The position numbers were made by a program, and so were the translations under genes. Source: Nannocystis bainbridge (lineage in GTDB: Bacteria > Myxococcota_A > Polyangia > Nannocystales > Nannocystaceae). Taken from it: 64,000 bases of DNA. The notes under the pieces were generated by a model. It searched no databases, had not been told where the DNA came from, and saw only the letters and a list, made by a program, of their open reading frames with translations. The number at the start of each line of letters is the position of its first letter. The stretch's first letter is position 1. The stretch lies in assembly GCF_028368995.1 (NCBI RefSeq), contig NZ_JAQNDL010000005.1, positions 96,001 to 160,000 on the forward strand, written 5' to 3'. This document shows positions 38,191 to 51,953 of this stretch, piece after piece.

Positions 38191-39840
38191 CTAGCACTCC
38201 TCGGCCGCGTCGCTCAGGCAGGTCGCGGTGTACGTCGCTCCGCGCACGCGCGGGCCGGCGCGCCGCAGCTTGAACTCGACGTTGGTGTCGCGGTTGTCGC
38301 ACGGCACCGTCTGCGCGCCGCTGTCCGGATCGTGAACGGCGGTCATGTCGTCACGCGTGCTCGGCGTCAGGCCGCGCGGGTCGGTGAGCACGATGGTGCA
38401 CACGGAGCTGCCCTCGGGGACCGCCCAGTCGTCCTCGCCGACCGGGAGGCACGGCGGCAGGTCGATGACCTCGTCGTCGACGCGCTGCTGGATCTTGCAG
38501 TCGGCGTCGAGCGCCTCGGTCTCGAGGTCGCGGTCGGCGACCATCGTCGTGCCGCACACCGGCCGGAACGCCTTTTCGATCCGCCGGGCGATGCCCTCGA
38601 GCGCCGGCGTGTAGTCGTCCTCGCAGATCGAGTAGAGGTTGCGCGCCTCGCCCGCGAACGCCTCCGCGACGGCCCGCTCGCGCACCGGTGGCACCGCCGT
38701 GCTGCCGCTGCCGTCGCTGCTGTTGACGCAGCCGGGGGCGATGCCGAAGTTCCGGTCCTGCTCCGAGCCGACCTCAGCCTCGGCGTACGGGATCTCGATC
38801 TCGCCGTCCTGATAGCCCGCGGGCACGCCGGCGATCAGGGAGACGAGGACTTCGCGGCTCGGATCGATCAACTGCTTGTCGGCCCGGATCTTCTCCAGCA
38901 GGTCGACGTAGCGCGAGATCGGCCGCAGCACCGCGTCGGCGTCGGCGGCCCCGGGCTCACCGTCGATGCCGAAGTTGGCGGGCTCGCAGCCGGCGTAGAC
39001 CGGCCCCGGCCCGCTGCACTGGACCCCGGCGTTCCAGCAGGTCGCGCTGGTCGGCGACAGCCCGCTCGGGTCCTCCCAGAAGGTCTTGTCGGCGATGAAG
39101 ATGTCCTTGAAGGCAGGTTCATACGAGCAGTCGGTCTCGTCGGTGACCAGCACCACCGACAACAACGCGTTGTCGCGCATGAACCCGTAGTGGTCCTCGC
39201 CGGGCGCCAGCGCCTTCTTCAGCGCCAGGTACATCGACTCGAGCGGCTGCTCGTGACCGCAGCCGTCGATGCCCTGCGGCCCGAAACAGGCGAACGCGTC
39301 GGCCACCTCGACCCCGGCTGGCAAGTTGCTGACGTCGTCGATCTTCTCGATCCACGGCCGCGCGCGCCGCTCGGGGTCGAGGTCGGTCGCCGTCGGCGTG
39401 ATCGCCAGCGCGTCGCCGCCGAGCTTGCACACGTCGGTGCACGCGAACGCGGCGTCGACATCGCCGAACTGGAACGCCCCCTCGCCGAGCCGATCGAGGC
39501 AGCTGCGCAGCACCAGGTCGCCGCCCTCCGGCGTGGTCACGGCCGCCTCGCAGCGCGGGTTGCCGCTGTCGGTGGTGGTCACGCCGATGCGATAGTGGGC
39601 GCCCATCTCGTCGAGCCGGCGGGCGAACGCCTCGAAGTTGCGCGCCAGCCGAGCCTGCTCCTCGGCCATCGAGCCCGAGTTGTCGATGACGAACAGGATG
39701 TCGACGTCGCCGCCCTCGTCGAGCGGGATCCGGACCTCGTTGTTCTCGGTCTTGCAGAGCTCGACCCCCACCACCGGGTGCTCGAGGCAAGCAGTGAGGG
39801 CCACGGATACGAGAGGAAGCAGGGCTGCGCGCGACTTCAT
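38191..39840 (-). CDS. Cys-rich myxobacterial VWA-domain lipoprotein
   Basis: Lipobox LTAC, DILFVIDNSGSM MIDAS motif, GCGHEQPLESM and VTDETDCS. Confidence 0.85.
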   Translation of the reverse strand: MKSRAALLPLVSVALTACLEHPVVGVELCKTENNEVRIPLDEGGDVDILFVIDNSGSMAEEQARLARNFEAFARRLDEMGAHYRIGVTTTDSGNPRCEAAVTTPEGGDLVLRSCLDRLGEGAFQFGDVDAAFACTDVCKLGGDALAITPTATDLDPERRARPWIEKIDDVSNLPAGVEVADAFACFGPQGIDGCGHEQPLESMYLALKKALAPGEDHYGFMRDNALLSVVLVTDETDCSYEPAFKDIFIADKTFWEDPSGLSPTSATCWNAGVQCSGPGPVYAGCEPANFGIDGEPGAADADAVLRPISRYVDLLEKIRADKQLIDPSREVLVSLIAGVPAGYQDGEIEIPYAEAEVGSEQDRNFGIAPGCVNSSDGSGSTAVPPVRERAVAEAFAGEARNLYSICEDDYTPALEGIARRIEKAFRPVCGTTMVADRDLETEALDADCKIQQRVDDEVIDLPPCLPVGEDDWAVPEGSSVCTIVLTDPRGLTPSTRDDMTAVHDPDSGAQTVPCDNRDTNVEFKLRRAGPRVRGATYTATCLSDAAEEC

Positions 39841-40243
39841 GGCTCCCCTCCGCTGCAAGCCGGTGGCCGCGTTGATCTTTCTCAGGAAATCGCGACGGGC
39901 GGGCCGCCCTCCGTCAACTCGATTGGCCAACTTGATTGCGAAGACAACTCTATTGACATACTGGGGCTTGGAGACCTCACTTTCTAATTCCCGCGATTCT
40001 GCGCCTAAATACAGACTATGAAACAAACGCTCGTGCGATTCGACAACTTGGATGACACCGGCATCCACCTGCAGACCGCTCGAAACCGCTCTTATATAAG
40101 ATATAAGCCAACAGACGAGCCCATCGTTGCGGCCCCGCGCCCACACTCGACCTGTCCCCAAGGACATATTCATCCCGTTCACCGCGCCGGGGAGCCGCTG
40201 TCTCAGTCCCGGCTGCTCCGACTCGCCCTCGCTCGCCCGCCGC

Positions 40244-40339
40244 CCACTCCGACCGTCGCCACCTCGGAGCGCACCGCCCTCGCTCGCCCGTCCGCCGCCC
40301 TCGCCACTCCGGCCGTGGCCACCTCGGAGCGCACCGCCC
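40244..40339. repeat. Direct repeat with a 60-bp period
   Basis: CCACTCCG(A/G)CCGT(C/G)GCCACCTCGGAGCGCACCGCCC occurs at 40244 and 40304. Confidence 0.75.
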
Positions 40340-40452
40340 CGCTCCCTCTTCGGCCGCCTCGCCGACCACACCCGGCCGCCGGCCGCCTCGTGCTCGACCC
40401 CGCCTGCGCTCGCCTGCGGCCTCGCCCGTCGATCTGCTACGATCGCCGCGAC

Positions 40453-41697
40453 GTGCGGCTCGCCTACCTCTCGCACTACTTCCCGCCCGAGTCCAACGCT
40501 CCGGCCGCGCGTGTCCACGAGCTCTCGCGCGCGCTCGTGCGGGCCGGGCACGAGGTCCACGTCGTCACCGGCCAGCCCAACCACCCGCACGGCAAGATCT
40601 ATCCCGGCTACCGCGCCGCCGAGTACCGACGCGAGCGCGTCGACGGCATCGAGGTCCACCGCGTGCCCACGCTCCCGGCCGCCAGCCGCGGCGTCCTGCA
40701 ACGTGGCCTCGGGTACATGTCCCTTCCGACATCCCAGGTCGCCTTCGGGGCCGCGCGCCTGCCCGCCGTCGACCTCGTGCTGGCCACCTCGCCGCAGATC
40801 CTCACCGGCGTCGCCGGGCTCGCGCTGGCCCGCCTGCGCCGGGTCCCGTTCGTGCTCGAGGTGCGCGACCTGTGGCCTGACGGCATCGTCGCCGTCGGCG
40901 CGCTGAAGCCCGGCCACCCGATCGTGCGCGCCCTCGAGGTCGTCGAGCGCGGCCTCTACCGCGGCGCGGCCGGCGTCGTCTCGGTCACCGACAGCTTCGT
41001 CGATCACTTCGTCGCCCGCGGCGTCCCGCGCGAGCGCGTCGCCGTGGTCAAGAACGGCATCGACACCGCCCTGTTCGCCGCCGACGCCGCCCCGGCCCCG
41101 CTGCGGGCCCAGCTCGGGATCCCCGCCGACGCGCTGCTGCTGCTCTACTGCGGCACGGTCGGCATGGCCCAGGACGTCGGTCTGCTGGCCCGCGCCGCCG
41201 CGCTCGCCGGCCCCGCCGACGACCTCCACGTCGTCGTCGTCGGCCACGGCGTCGGCCTCCAGGCCCTGGTCGACGAGGTCGCCGCGCTCGGCGTCGGCGC
41301 TCGCTTCCACATCCTCCCGTCGGTGCCGCGGCGCGACGTCCCGGGCCTCATCGCCGCCGCCGACGTCAGCGCGGTGATCCTGCGCGACGAGCCGACCTTC
41401 GCCCGCTACCTGCCCTCGAAGATCTTCGAGGCCATGGCGATGCGCCAGCCGATCCTGCTCGGGGTCCGCGGCGAGGCCCAGCGCCTGGTCGAAGGGTCAG
41501 GTGCGGGCCTGGCCTTCACGCCCGGCGATCCGGCCGACGCGCTGGCCAAGCTGCGCACGTTCGCGGCGCTCGGTCGCGACGGTCGCGCGCGCATGGGCGA
41601 GGCCGCTCGCGCCCACGTGCTCGCGCATCACGACCGCGACCGCCAGGCCGACGACCTGGCCCGCTTCCTCGCGGGCATCGTCAGGAGCGGCGCATGA
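40453..41697 (+). CDS. Glycosyltransferase family 4 (WbuB-like)
   Basis: YFPPE, VVTGQPNHP, ATSPQ, EVRDLWPD and PSKIFEAMA; GTG start. Confidence 0.9.
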   Translation: MRLAYLSHYFPPESNAPAARVHELSRALVRAGHEVHVVTGQPNHPHGKIYPGYRAAEYRRERVDGIEVHRVPTLPAASRGVLQRGLGYMSLPTSQVAFGAARLPAVDLVLATSPQILTGVAGLALARLRRVPFVLEVRDLWPDGIVAVGALKPGHPIVRALEVVERGLYRGAAGVVSVTDSFVDHFVARGVPRERVAVVKNGIDTALFAADAAPAPLRAQLGIPADALLLLYCGTVGMAQDVGLLARAAALAGPADDLHVVVVGHGVGLQALVDEVAALGVGARFHILPSVPRRDVPGLIAAADVSAVILRDEPTFARYLPSKIFEAMAMRQPILLGVRGEAQRLVEGSGAGLAFTPGDPADALAKLRTFAALGRDGRARMGEAARAHVLAHHDRDRQADDLARFLAGIVRSGA

Positions 41698-42215
41698 CCC
41701 ATCCGCATCGCCCACGCAGCAGCCTCGGGCGCTCGCTCGAGCGGGGCTCGGGCTACATCACCCGCTGGTCGGGCAGCTCGTGGGCGTTCGCGCTGGCGGT
41801 CCTGACGATCGCCCTCTGGCTGGTGACGGGTCCGCTGTTCGGCTTCTCCGACACCTGGCAGCTCGTCATCAACACCGGCACCACCGTGGTCACCTTCTTG
41901 ATGGTGTTCCTGATCCAGCGGGCCCAAAACAAGGAGTCGCTGGCGGTGCAGCTCAAGCTCAACGAGATCGTGGCCGCGCTCGAGGGCGCCTCGAACCGCC
42001 TGATCGACATCGAGAACCTGTCCGAGGCCGAGCTCGGCGTCATCCATCGCCACTATCACACGCTGGCCGAGATCGCGAAGCACGAGAGCGACATCCGCCG
42101 CTCGCACTCGATCGAGGAGGCCCGCCACCGCAGCCGCGCCGGCCACAAGTCGCACCCGCGCGCCAGCCACGGGCCGCCCGAGGCCGGCGACGCCTGCGAG
42201 CCGCGGAAGCCCTGA
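41694..42215 (+). CDS. Low-affinity iron permease (Fet4-like) family protein
   Basis: FSDTWQLVINTGTTVVTFLMVFLIQ..QN and LKLNEI; ATGA overlap with the upstream gene. Confidence 0.9.
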   Translation: MTHPHRPRSSLGRSLERGSGYITRWSGSSWAFALAVLTIALWLVTGPLFGFSDTWQLVINTGTTVVTFLMVFLIQRAQNKESLAVQLKLNEIVAALEGASNRLIDIENLSEAELGVIHRHYHTLAEIAKHESDIRRSHSIEEARHRSRAGHKSHPRASHGPPEAGDACEPRKP

Positions 42216-42221
42216 CGGGTC

Positions 42222-42341
42222 GCGCTCGCACCTGTCCCGAGAGACAGCCGCCAGGCCGGTCCCCGCGCGAGGCACATGTCCCGGAAGACAGCTCGCTCCG
42301 CGCCGACGCCGTGGCGCTCGCACATGTCCCGCGGGACAGCC
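42222..42341. repeat. Three TGTC-N6-GACA motif pairs
   Basis: Core pairs 42231/42245, 42275/42289 and 42323/42337, between convergent genes. Confidence 0.8.
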
Positions 42342-42431
42342 TCACCTACCGCCCGGCCGACCCAATGAGTTCGCCCCCGGAGGCGCTCGCTCGGAGCTCC
42401 CGCGGGGGCGTGCGTCGCCGCGGCGACGGGC

Positions 42432-43679
<1,248 letters not shown>

Positions 43680-43797
43680 CGCCCTGTCGCTTTCCGTGAG
43701 GTGTCCTGGCCAAATAGGCCGGTGGCGCGGTTCGCCGCGGACCGGGGGTATACCACGGCCCCCCGCCCGTCCTGCCCGCGCCCGCGTGCGACCGTGC

Positions 43798-46700
43798 TCA
43801 CCCGCCGCCGGCCACCGCGGGCGCTGCGGCATCTCCGGCGGCGATCTGGCCGCTCTCACGCTCGACCCTGAACGCCTTGCCGTCGAAATGGACGGTGATT
43901 CTTTCGTAGCTCACCGGCCTGCCGAGGGTGTGGCCCTGGTGACGGACCTGCAACGAAGGCCCGCCACCCGCCGGCAGCTGGACCGCGAACAGCCCGGTGA
44001 TCCCGGCGTCGGCGACGTCGCCCGCGAGCGGCGCCGTCGGATCGGCGGTGAGCGCGAGCCGCACGCCGAGGTCGTCCCACACGAGGAAGGTCCAGCTCGC
44101 GGCCCCCGCGAACAGCTGCAGGCGCCCGAGCTCGCGGGCCACGCTGGCCTCGGGGATCTTCGCGTCGGGCGCGGCGAGCAGCCGGGCCAGCAAGACCGCC
44201 GCGTGCAGGCGCGCGAACCGTCGCGGATCGTCGACCCCCGGGCGCCCCTCACCGGCCGCCACTTGTCGCAAGATCCGCAGCCCCTCGTCCACGCGACCCG
44301 CCCCCGCCGCCGCGCGCGCGAGCCGGATCGACGCCGTCGGATCGTCGGGCCGGATCGCCACCAGATCCTCGTACTGCCGGTAGGCCCGCTCGAACCACCC
44401 GTGACGCAGGAAGATGTCGCCGAGCAGCGCGCGGCTCTGCGGGTTGTCGGCGTCGAACTCGACGATCTCCGAGAAGATCCGCTGCGCCTCGTCGACCTGC
44501 GCGTGGGCGACGAACACCTCGCCGATCTGCTGCGCCAGCACCGGCGTCATCAGCCCCTGCTCGCGCAGCAGTCGGCCGCGGGCCAGCGCCTCCTCGAGCT
44601 TGCCCTGCTCGCTCAGCAGCTGGATCAGCCGCCGCTCGCCCTGCGGATCGCCGGGGCTGCGCTGCAGCGCCGCCTGCACCATCTGCAGCTTGCGCGTCGC
44701 CGCGTCGCCGCCGACCACCAGCTGCAGCTGGCGATCGAGGTCGCTCCAGTCGACCCCCGCGCCGAACATCGCCCGCTCGACCGCGCCGATGAGCCCTTGA
44801 TCGACGAGCCGGCGCAACAGCCCGCGCGCCAGGTAATTGCGCGCATCGGGCTCGCCGGAGAAGTGCCCGAGCAGCAGGCCGATGTCGGCCTCGGTCGCCG
44901 CGCGCTCGTGCAGCAGCTGCAGGAACACCCGCTGATCCTTCCACCCGGTGATCTCGCAGCTGCCGGCCGCGGCCTCGTAGGCGTTGAGCGCCGAGAACAT
45001 GTCCGAACGGTCAGCCAGCCGCTTCTGCCACAGGATCCGTCGGTGCCCCAGGCTGCGCGCCGCCGCGTCGGAGCACGGCAACTTGAGCCCGCGCGGCACC
45101 GGCGAGACCACCGGCGGCGGCGGCGGCGTCTTCGGCCTCGCCGTCGTCCCGTTGCCATCGATGTCGAGCAGGCCGCCGATCGGGTCCGGGCTGGGCGCGT
45201 CTTTCTTGCCACCACCCCCGCGCCCCGCCCCCTTGCTCACCGAGGCCGGGCGCCGCGCGTCGTCGGCGACTCGCATCGGCTCCGGCGGCATCTCCTTCAC
45301 CGGCGACCGCTCGGCCTCTTCGGCCGGCTCCGCGTTGGCGAGCGCCCCGCCCGGGGCCATCGGCGCGGTCGAGGGCGGCGGCGGCTCCGATTTGGTCGGC
45401 ATCGCCTCACTCTGCGGTTCGGCCGGCTTGCTCGCGGCCACCGCCGCCGGCGTCTCGTTGACGGTCCGCTCCTCCGATCGCGGCGCCGACTCCATGTCGC
45501 GGCCGCAGCCGAACGGCGCCGAGGCTGCCGCTGCGATCATGCCGACGACCCGGCTGGTCTTTGATTCCTGTCCCTGAAGCCATGTCGCATCGGCGATCAG
45601 CTGCAGCCCGCCGAGCTGCCGCCGGCGCCGCTGGATGCCCTGCTGGGCGTAGGCCGCCTCGCTGTCGAGCGCGAGGAACGAGGTGAACGGGGTCATGAGC
45701 CCGTACTCGAGCCCGAGCGCGAGGATCTTGCCGCGCACCGCCTCGAGCCCGCGGCTGTCGCCGAGCAATCGCTCGACGTAGGCCGCGGCCCACAGCTTGG
45801 GCACCATGCGATCGAGCGAGCCGCCGGCGTACGTCAGCGGGTACTCCTTGGTGAACGCCTCGCCGCCGAGCCGCCCGGAGATCGTGATCTTGTCGGGCAG
45901 GTCGTGGTGCGTGCGCGCCAACATCACCAGCTCCTGCCCGCGCGACAGCTTGCCGCCGGCGCTGACGAACACGTCGTCGAGGCCCTCGCCGAGGCCGAGC
46001 TCGAGGTCGGTGATGGTCGGGGTCTTGAGCGCGCCCGACAGCTCGAGCGCGCGCACCACCGCCTGCTCCGGCCCCTCGACGCGCAGCGCCTCGCCGCCGC
46101 CGACCCGCGCCAATCGCCCGAGCATCGCCGCGTCGATCTCCGAGCCGACCCCGACGGTGTAGAGCCGCGCGCGCGAGCCCGTCATCGACCGCCGCAGCCG
46201 CTCCGCCAGCGCCTCGCCGCTGCGCTCGCCCGACGTCGCCAGGCCGTCGCCGACGTAGACCACCGCCGGCTGCTCGAGCCCGTGCACGCGCGCCAGCGCC
46301 TGCTCGAAGATCGCCCCGAGGTCGGTCGCGCCGCCGGCCGCGTGGGCCGCTACCCGCTCGAGCGCCGCGCTGATCGCCTCGGGCGTCGCCTCGGCCAGCC
46401 CATCCTCGGGGTACAGCACCTTGGCCGCCACGTCGGCGCTCATCACCGCGAACTTGTCGCCCGCCGACAGGCTGCGCAGCAGCGCCTCCGCCACCGCGAG
46501 CTTGGTCTGCTGCTCCGACGGATCGCCGGCCGCCGAGGTGTCGACCACCACCACCACGTCGCCGCGCGGCGCCGGCAATTTCGCCATGTCGAGGTCGGGC
46601 GCGAACCGGACCATCACGAAGCTGGCCTGGTCGCCGCCAGCGCTGAAGCGATTGGCGCGCAGCGGCACCCGCGATCGGTCGGGCTTGCGCGTCAGCTCGA

Positions 46701-48000
46701 GCTCGAAGTCCGCGCGCGGCGTGTAACCCGAGCGGCGCATCGTCACCTGCCGCCCGTCGGTCGACACCCGCGCCTCGCCGAGCGTCGCCAATTCGTAGTC
46801 CAGCTCGAGCCCGCGGCGCAGCTGCACCTCGAGCGAGAACTCCTCGATGCTGGCCGCCTCGCGCCCGCGCGGGGCCGCCAGCGGGTAGCTGTAGCGGCGC
46901 TTGCCCTCGCTCTCGACCATCAGCTGCTGGTAGCGCAGCACCACCCGCCGCTCGCCCGCCGGCGGCACCGGGTAGATGCGGGCCCGCACCGTGCGCGCGT
47001 CGATCCACTCGAGCAGCGCCGGATCGTTGTCACGCCGCACCGCCGCCTCGTAGGTCGCCGCCGCCTGCTTGCGCTCGACGATCTCGCCCTCGACGAGCTG
47101 CCCGTTGGTCTCGAGCGCGAAGCTGACGAGCAGCGCGTCTTCGGGGACCGTGAACCAGTACCAGCCCTCGACCGCCGTGCCCGACGGGTTGAAGAACCGC
47201 TGATCGACCAGGGTCTCGGCGATCTCGTCCTCGAGCGCCACCCGCACCGTCTGCCGCTGGATCGACAGCGGCAGCGCCGGCGTGCCCGCGGGCGCCGAGC
47301 GGTCGACGGCGTACAGCGCCCCCGAGCCCGCGCCCGCGCGCAGGCCACCGCCCGCGCGATCGCCCATGCCGCCGGTCCAGTCGTCCCAGAACGCCACCGG
47401 CTCGACCGTCGGCGCCCCGCCCTGGACCGTCGCCCGCTCGCCCGCCTCGACCTCCGCGCGGCCGCCCGCGGCGCTGACGATCGCCAGCCCCTCGGCGACG
47501 TAGACCTGCGCCTGACCTGACTCGAAGGACAGGCTCGCCCCGCCCGCCGACAGCGACACCTCGGCGTCGCCGACGGTGTGGACCACGGCTTTTTGGCCCT
47601 CCTCGAGCGGCGGCGCCTCGACCCAGATCTGGCCCTCCTGCAGGGCCACGCCGCCGGCGATCTTGACCTTGGTGCCGTCGCGGAGGAACACCCGCGACCC
47701 GTCGCTCAGGCGGATCAGCGCGCGCGCACCGGGCCCGGTGGACAGCTCGGCCGTCTCCGGCAGCGGCGTGCGCGACAGCAGCCGCTCGCTGCCCGACGCG
47801 GTCGCCAGCAGCACCTCGCCGGCGGCCAGCTCGAGGTTGGCGCCGAGCCGCTCGGACTGCACCGGCGGCGGCTTCTTCCACGGCTTGACGATCGCCACCG
47901 CGGTCGCCGAACCGACCGCCAGCAGCAGCAGACCGAGACCGAGCCAGCGCCGATTACGAGGGGATGCGAAGAGACTCGCCACGGCTGCGCAGGATGGCAC
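43798..48000 (-). CDS. Large membrane protein with FecR-like, VIT, VWA and TPR domains
   Basis: N-terminal TM segment, FecR-like [20 protein letters not shown] (QRFFNPS..VEGWYWF, DPALLEW), VWA (VVDTS, GATDL, YVGDG) and C-terminal TPRs. Confidence 0.85.
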   Translation of the reverse strand: MPSCAAVASLFASPRNRRWLGLGLLLLAVGSATAVAIVKPWKKPPPVQSERLGANLELAAGEVLLATASGSERLLSRTPLPETAELSTGPGARALIRLSDGSRVFLRDGTKVKIAGGVALQEGQIWVEAPPLEEGQKAVVHTVGDAEVSLSAGGASLSFESGQAQVYVAEGLAIVSAAGGRAEVEAGERATVQGGAPTVEPVAFWDDWTGGMGDRAGGGLRAGAGSGALYAVDRSAPAGTPALPLSIQRQTVRVALEDEIAETLVDQRFFNPSGTAVEGWYWFTVPEDALLVSFALETNGQLVEGEIVERKQAAATYEAAVRRDNDPALLEWIDARTVRARIYPVPPAGERRVVLRYQQLMVESEGKRRYSYPLAAPRGREAASIEEFSLEVQLRRGLELDYELATLGEARVSTDGRQVTMRRSGYTPRADFELELTRKPDRSRVPLRANRFSAGGDQASFVMVRFAPDLDMAKLPAPRGDVVVVVDTSAAGDPSEQQTKLAVAEALLRSLSAGDKFAVMSADVAAKVLYPEDGLAEATPEAISAALERVAAHAAGGATDLGAIFEQALARVHGLEQPAVVYVGDGLATSGERSGEALAERLRRSMTGSRARLYTVGVGSEIDAAMLGRLARVGGGEALRVEGPEQAVVRALELSGALKTPTITDLELGLGEGLDDVFVSAGGKLSRGQELVMLARTHHDLPDKITISGRLGGEAFTKEYPLTYAGGSLDRMVPKLWAAAYVERLLGDSRGLEAVRGKILALGLEYGLMTPFTSFLALDSEAAYAQQGIQRRRRQLGGLQLIADATWLQGQESKTSRVVGMIAAAASAPFGCGRDMESAPRSEERTVNETPAAVAASKPAEPQSEAMPTKSEPPPPSTAPMAPGGALANAEPAEEAERSPVKEMPPEPMRVADDARRPASVSKGAGRGGGGKKDAPSPDPIGGLLDIDGNGTTARPKTPPPPPVVSPVPRGLKLPCSDAAARSLGHRRILWQKRLADRSDMFSALNAYEAAAGSCEITGWKDQRVFLQLLHERAATEADIGLLLGHFSGEPDARNYLARGLLRRLVDQGLIGAVERAMFGAGVDWSDLDRQLQLVVGGDAATRKLQMVQAALQRSPGDPQGERRLIQLLSEQGKLEEALARGRLLREQGLMTPVLAQQIGEVFVAHAQVDEAQRIFSEIVEFDADNPQSRALLGDIFLRHGWFERAYRQYEDLVAIRPDDPTASIRLARAAAGAGRVDEGLRILRQVAAGEGRPGVDDPRRFARLHAAVLLARLLAAPDAKIPEASVARELGRLQLFAGAASWTFLVWDDLGVRLALTADPTAPLAGDVADAGITGLFAVQLPAGGGPSLQVRHQGHTLGRPVSYERITVHFDGKAFRVERESGQIAAGDAAAPAVAGGG

Positions 48001-48086
48001 GACGCCGCTGACGCCGTCGACCGACAGGCCCGACGCGAACGTCGTTCACCCGGCGTCGATTTTCGCGCCCCGCGGCCCGCCCGGCT

Positions 48087-48722
48087 TTATCGCGCGTCGC
48101 GGCGGCCCTGCTCGATGACGCTGCGCAGCTTCGACACCACCAGATCGAGCGCGACCCGGTTGTCGCCGCCCTCGGGGATGATGAGGTCCGCGCGGCGCTT
48201 CGACGGCTCGACGAATTGCAGGTGCATCGGTCGCACGTGGCGGTAGTACTGCTCGCGCACGGCCTCGAAGGTGCGCCCGCGCTGCTCGATGTCGCGGCGG
48301 ATCCGGCGAAAGATGCGGATGTCCGGATCGGTGTCGACGAACAGCTTGATGTCGAGCTCGTTCCGCAGCCGCTGGTCGACCAGCACCATGATGCCCTCGA
48401 CGATCACCACCGGCGTCGACTCGACCCACCGCGCCTCGGGCAGCCGGCGGTGCGTCTTGAAGTCGTACGCCGGCACCGCGACGCGACCCCCGGCCTTGAG
48501 CGCGATGATGTGCTCGACCAGCAGCTCCGTCTCGAGCGACTCCGGGTGGTCGAAGTTGATGTGACAGCGCTCCTCGTAGGTGAGGTCGGCGCGGTCGCGG
48601 TAGTACGCGTCGTGCTCGATGATCACGACGCCTTCGGGCGGGAGAGAGTCGCCGATCTTGCGCGCCACGGTCGTCTTGCCCGAACCGCTGCCGCCGGCGA
48701 TCCCGATGATCATCGAGCTCAT
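48087..48722 (-). CDS. udk: Uridine kinase
   Basis: IIGIAGGSGSGKTT, DAYY, NFDHP, RRIRRDIEQRGR and VRPMHLQFVEPSK. Confidence 0.95.
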   Translation of the reverse strand: MSSMIIGIAGGSGSGKTTVARKIGDSLPPEGVVIIEHDAYYRDRADLTYEERCHINFDHPESLETELLVEHIIALKAGGRVAVPAYDFKTHRRLPEARWVESTPVVIVEGIMVLVDQRLRNELDIKLFVDTDPDIRIFRRIRRDIEQRGRTFEAVREQYYRHVRPMHLQFVEPSKRRADLIIPEGGDNRVALDLVVSKLRSVIEQGRRDAR

Positions 48723-49092
48723 GCGGCGCAACGTAGCACGCCGCGCGCCTTCGCGCTTTCCGCGCATGCGCCCTCGCGCGTGCGGGACCGCCGTGAGCTA
48801 CCCTCGCGCGGCCCGTCCGCGGGCGTCGCTCCTCGCCGCAGCAAATCGACCACCACGCCCGCGCGACCGCGACATCTCGCGGCGTGGACACCCATCGCTC
48901 GTGCCCACGATCACCGGCCCGCCGCCGACCCTCCGGCGGCCTCGACCGCGCGACGCAGCGACGCATCCGCCGAGATCCCGGCGCAGTCTTCGCCGCGTCG
49001 CTGCGGGCGGACACATGACCTCCAGGATCCCTCGCCCACGCCCGCCGCGGACCCGCGGGTGACGATCCGAGCCCGCGCCGCCGCGGCGAAAA

Positions 49093-49141
49093 TGACATGT
49101 CCGTTCCGACATGCGCCCTCGGACATGCCCCGAACGACAGG
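49093..49141. repeat. 14-bp-pitch motif array (4 units)
   Basis: Cores at 49096, 49110, 49124 and 49138, just past the regulator's stop codon. Confidence 0.85.
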
Positions 49142-49149
49142 ATCGACGC

Positions 49150-50496
<1,347 letters not shown>

Positions 50497-50688
50497 GTCG
50501 CCCGTAGCCTAGCCGACCCGGCGCGCGCCCGCCTGCCCCCCACGGCGCCGGCTCACCCGCGGCCTCGCCAGCGGCTCCTCGCGCCTGCCCCGCCGCCCCG
50601 GATATTGACTTCGCCGCCCGGCCCGGGGACACCCGAAGACACGTGCCCGCCCCGCCCCCGCCCCGCGCCGCCGACCGCCCGCCCGCCG

Positions 50689-50753
50689 CGCGTGCCCCTT
50701 CGGACATGCCCGATCGGACCGGTCCCGAAGGACCTGTCCTGAGCGACATGCCC
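50689..50753. repeat. 14-bp-pitch motif array (5 units) upstream of the histidine kinase
   Basis: Cores at 50691, 50705, 50719, 50733 and 50747. Confidence 0.8.
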
Positions 50754-50765
50754 GAGGAGCCATCC

Positions 50766-51830
50766 ATGCTGTCGCCGCGCGCCTTCGTCCGCGTGTGGCT
50801 GCCGATCGCCGCCTTCACCGCCCTGCACTACGGCACCGGCATGGAGCACGACTGGGCCCACGACGTCCTGCGGCGCATGTACTACCTGCCGATCGTGCTG
50901 GCCGCCTTCGACCACGGCCTGCGTGGCGGCCTGCTCGCGGCCGCCGTGTCATCGCTGGTCTACCTGCCGCACGCCTTCTCACTGTCGCCCGGGCACCACC
51001 ACGACCCCGGCGGCGGGGTCGACAAGGCGCTCGAGGTGCTCCTCTACAACCTCGTCGGCGCGACCGCGGGCCTGCTCGCCGACCGCGAGCGCAGCCGCCG
51101 GCGCGAATTACAGCGGGCCCTCGCCGACCAGCGGCGGCTCACCCGCGAGCTCGTGCGCGCCGGTCGGCTCTCGGCCCTCGGCGAGGTCGTCGCCGGCCTC
51201 GCCCACGAGATCAAGAACCCGCTGCACGCCCTCGCCGGCACCGCCGAGGTCGTCGGCCCGCTCATCCCGCCCGACGCCGAGGAGCGGCGCATGTGGGACA
51301 TCCACGTCGCCGAGCTGGGCCGCCTGTCGCGCCTCGCCGAGCGCTTCCTGTCGTTCGCTCGCCCGAGCCCGAGCGAGCTGATCGCCCTCGACCTCCGCCG
51401 CGTCGCCGAGCAGGTCGCCGAGCTTTGCGTCGCCGAGGCCCGCGGCAAGCGGGTCGAGGTCGAGCTCGACCTGCCCGAAGCGCCCGTCGCCATCCGCGGC
51501 GACCGCGATCAGCTGGCCAGCCTCGGCCTCCACATCGCCGTCAACGCCCTGCGCGCGATCGCCTCGACCGGTCACCCGGGTCGCCTGCGGATCGCCGCCC
51601 GCGTCGAAGGTGACCACGCGCTGCTGGTCCTCGACAACGACGGCCCGCCGCTGACCGTCAGCGAGCGCCCGCAGCTGTTCACCCCGTTCTACAGCGGCGA
51701 CGCCCAGGGCACCGGCCTCGGCCTCGCCATCGCCGCCCGCGTCGCCGATCAGCACGGCGGCAGCGTCGACGCCGAGAACGCCGGCCTCGGCGTCCGCTTC
51801 ACCCTGCGCCTGCCCCGGCTCGCCGCCTGA
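50766..51830 (+). CDS. Membrane sensor histidine kinase with a His-rich sensor region
   Basis: AHEIKNPL, DNDG, FTPF and GTGLGL; the TM region carries HDWAHD and HHHD; RBS GAGGAG. Confidence 0.92.
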   Translation: MLSPRAFVRVWLPIAAFTALHYGTGMEHDWAHDVLRRMYYLPIVLAAFDHGLRGGLLAAAVSSLVYLPHAFSLSPGHHHDPGGGVDKALEVLLYNLVGATAGLLADRERSRRRELQRALADQRRLTRELVRAGRLSALGEVVAGLAHEIKNPLHALAGTAEVVGPLIPPDAEERRMWDIHVAELGRLSRLAERFLSFARPSPSELIALDLRRVAEQVAELCVAEARGKRVEVELDLPEAPVAIRGDRDQLASLGLHIAVNALRAIASTGHPGRLRIAARVEGDHALLVLDNDGPPLTVSERPQLFTPFYSGDAQGTGLGLAIAARVADQHGGSVDAENAGLGVRFTLRLPRLAA

Positions 51831-51938
51831 AAGCACATGGCGCCCGGGACATGTCCCGCGCGCCATGGGGTACCTGCGATCCGCAGGGTCTGCGGCACAA
51901 AAGCACATGGCGCTCGGGACATGTCCCGAGCGCCATGT
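51831..51938. repeat. REP-like pair of palindromes with a 70-bp period; the second is a perfect 34-bp palindrome
   Basis: AAGCACATGGCGC(C/T)CGGGACATGTCCCG(C/A)GCGCCATG occurs at 51831 and 51901. Positions 51905-51938 are a perfect palindrome. Confidence 0.9.
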
Positions 51939-51953
51939 CGCTGCGCGCCTCGA

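Noticed and set aside
39953-39990. TTGACA as a sigma-70 promoter
   Set aside because: There is no convincing -10 element at 16-18 bp spacing.
39841-41310. Long N-terminal extensions in the ORF track (38191..41310, 40018..41697, 52879..55149, 42432..43859)
   Set aside because: Downstream starts fit the signal peptides or family N-termini better, and the extensions cross intergenic DNA or opposite-strand genes.
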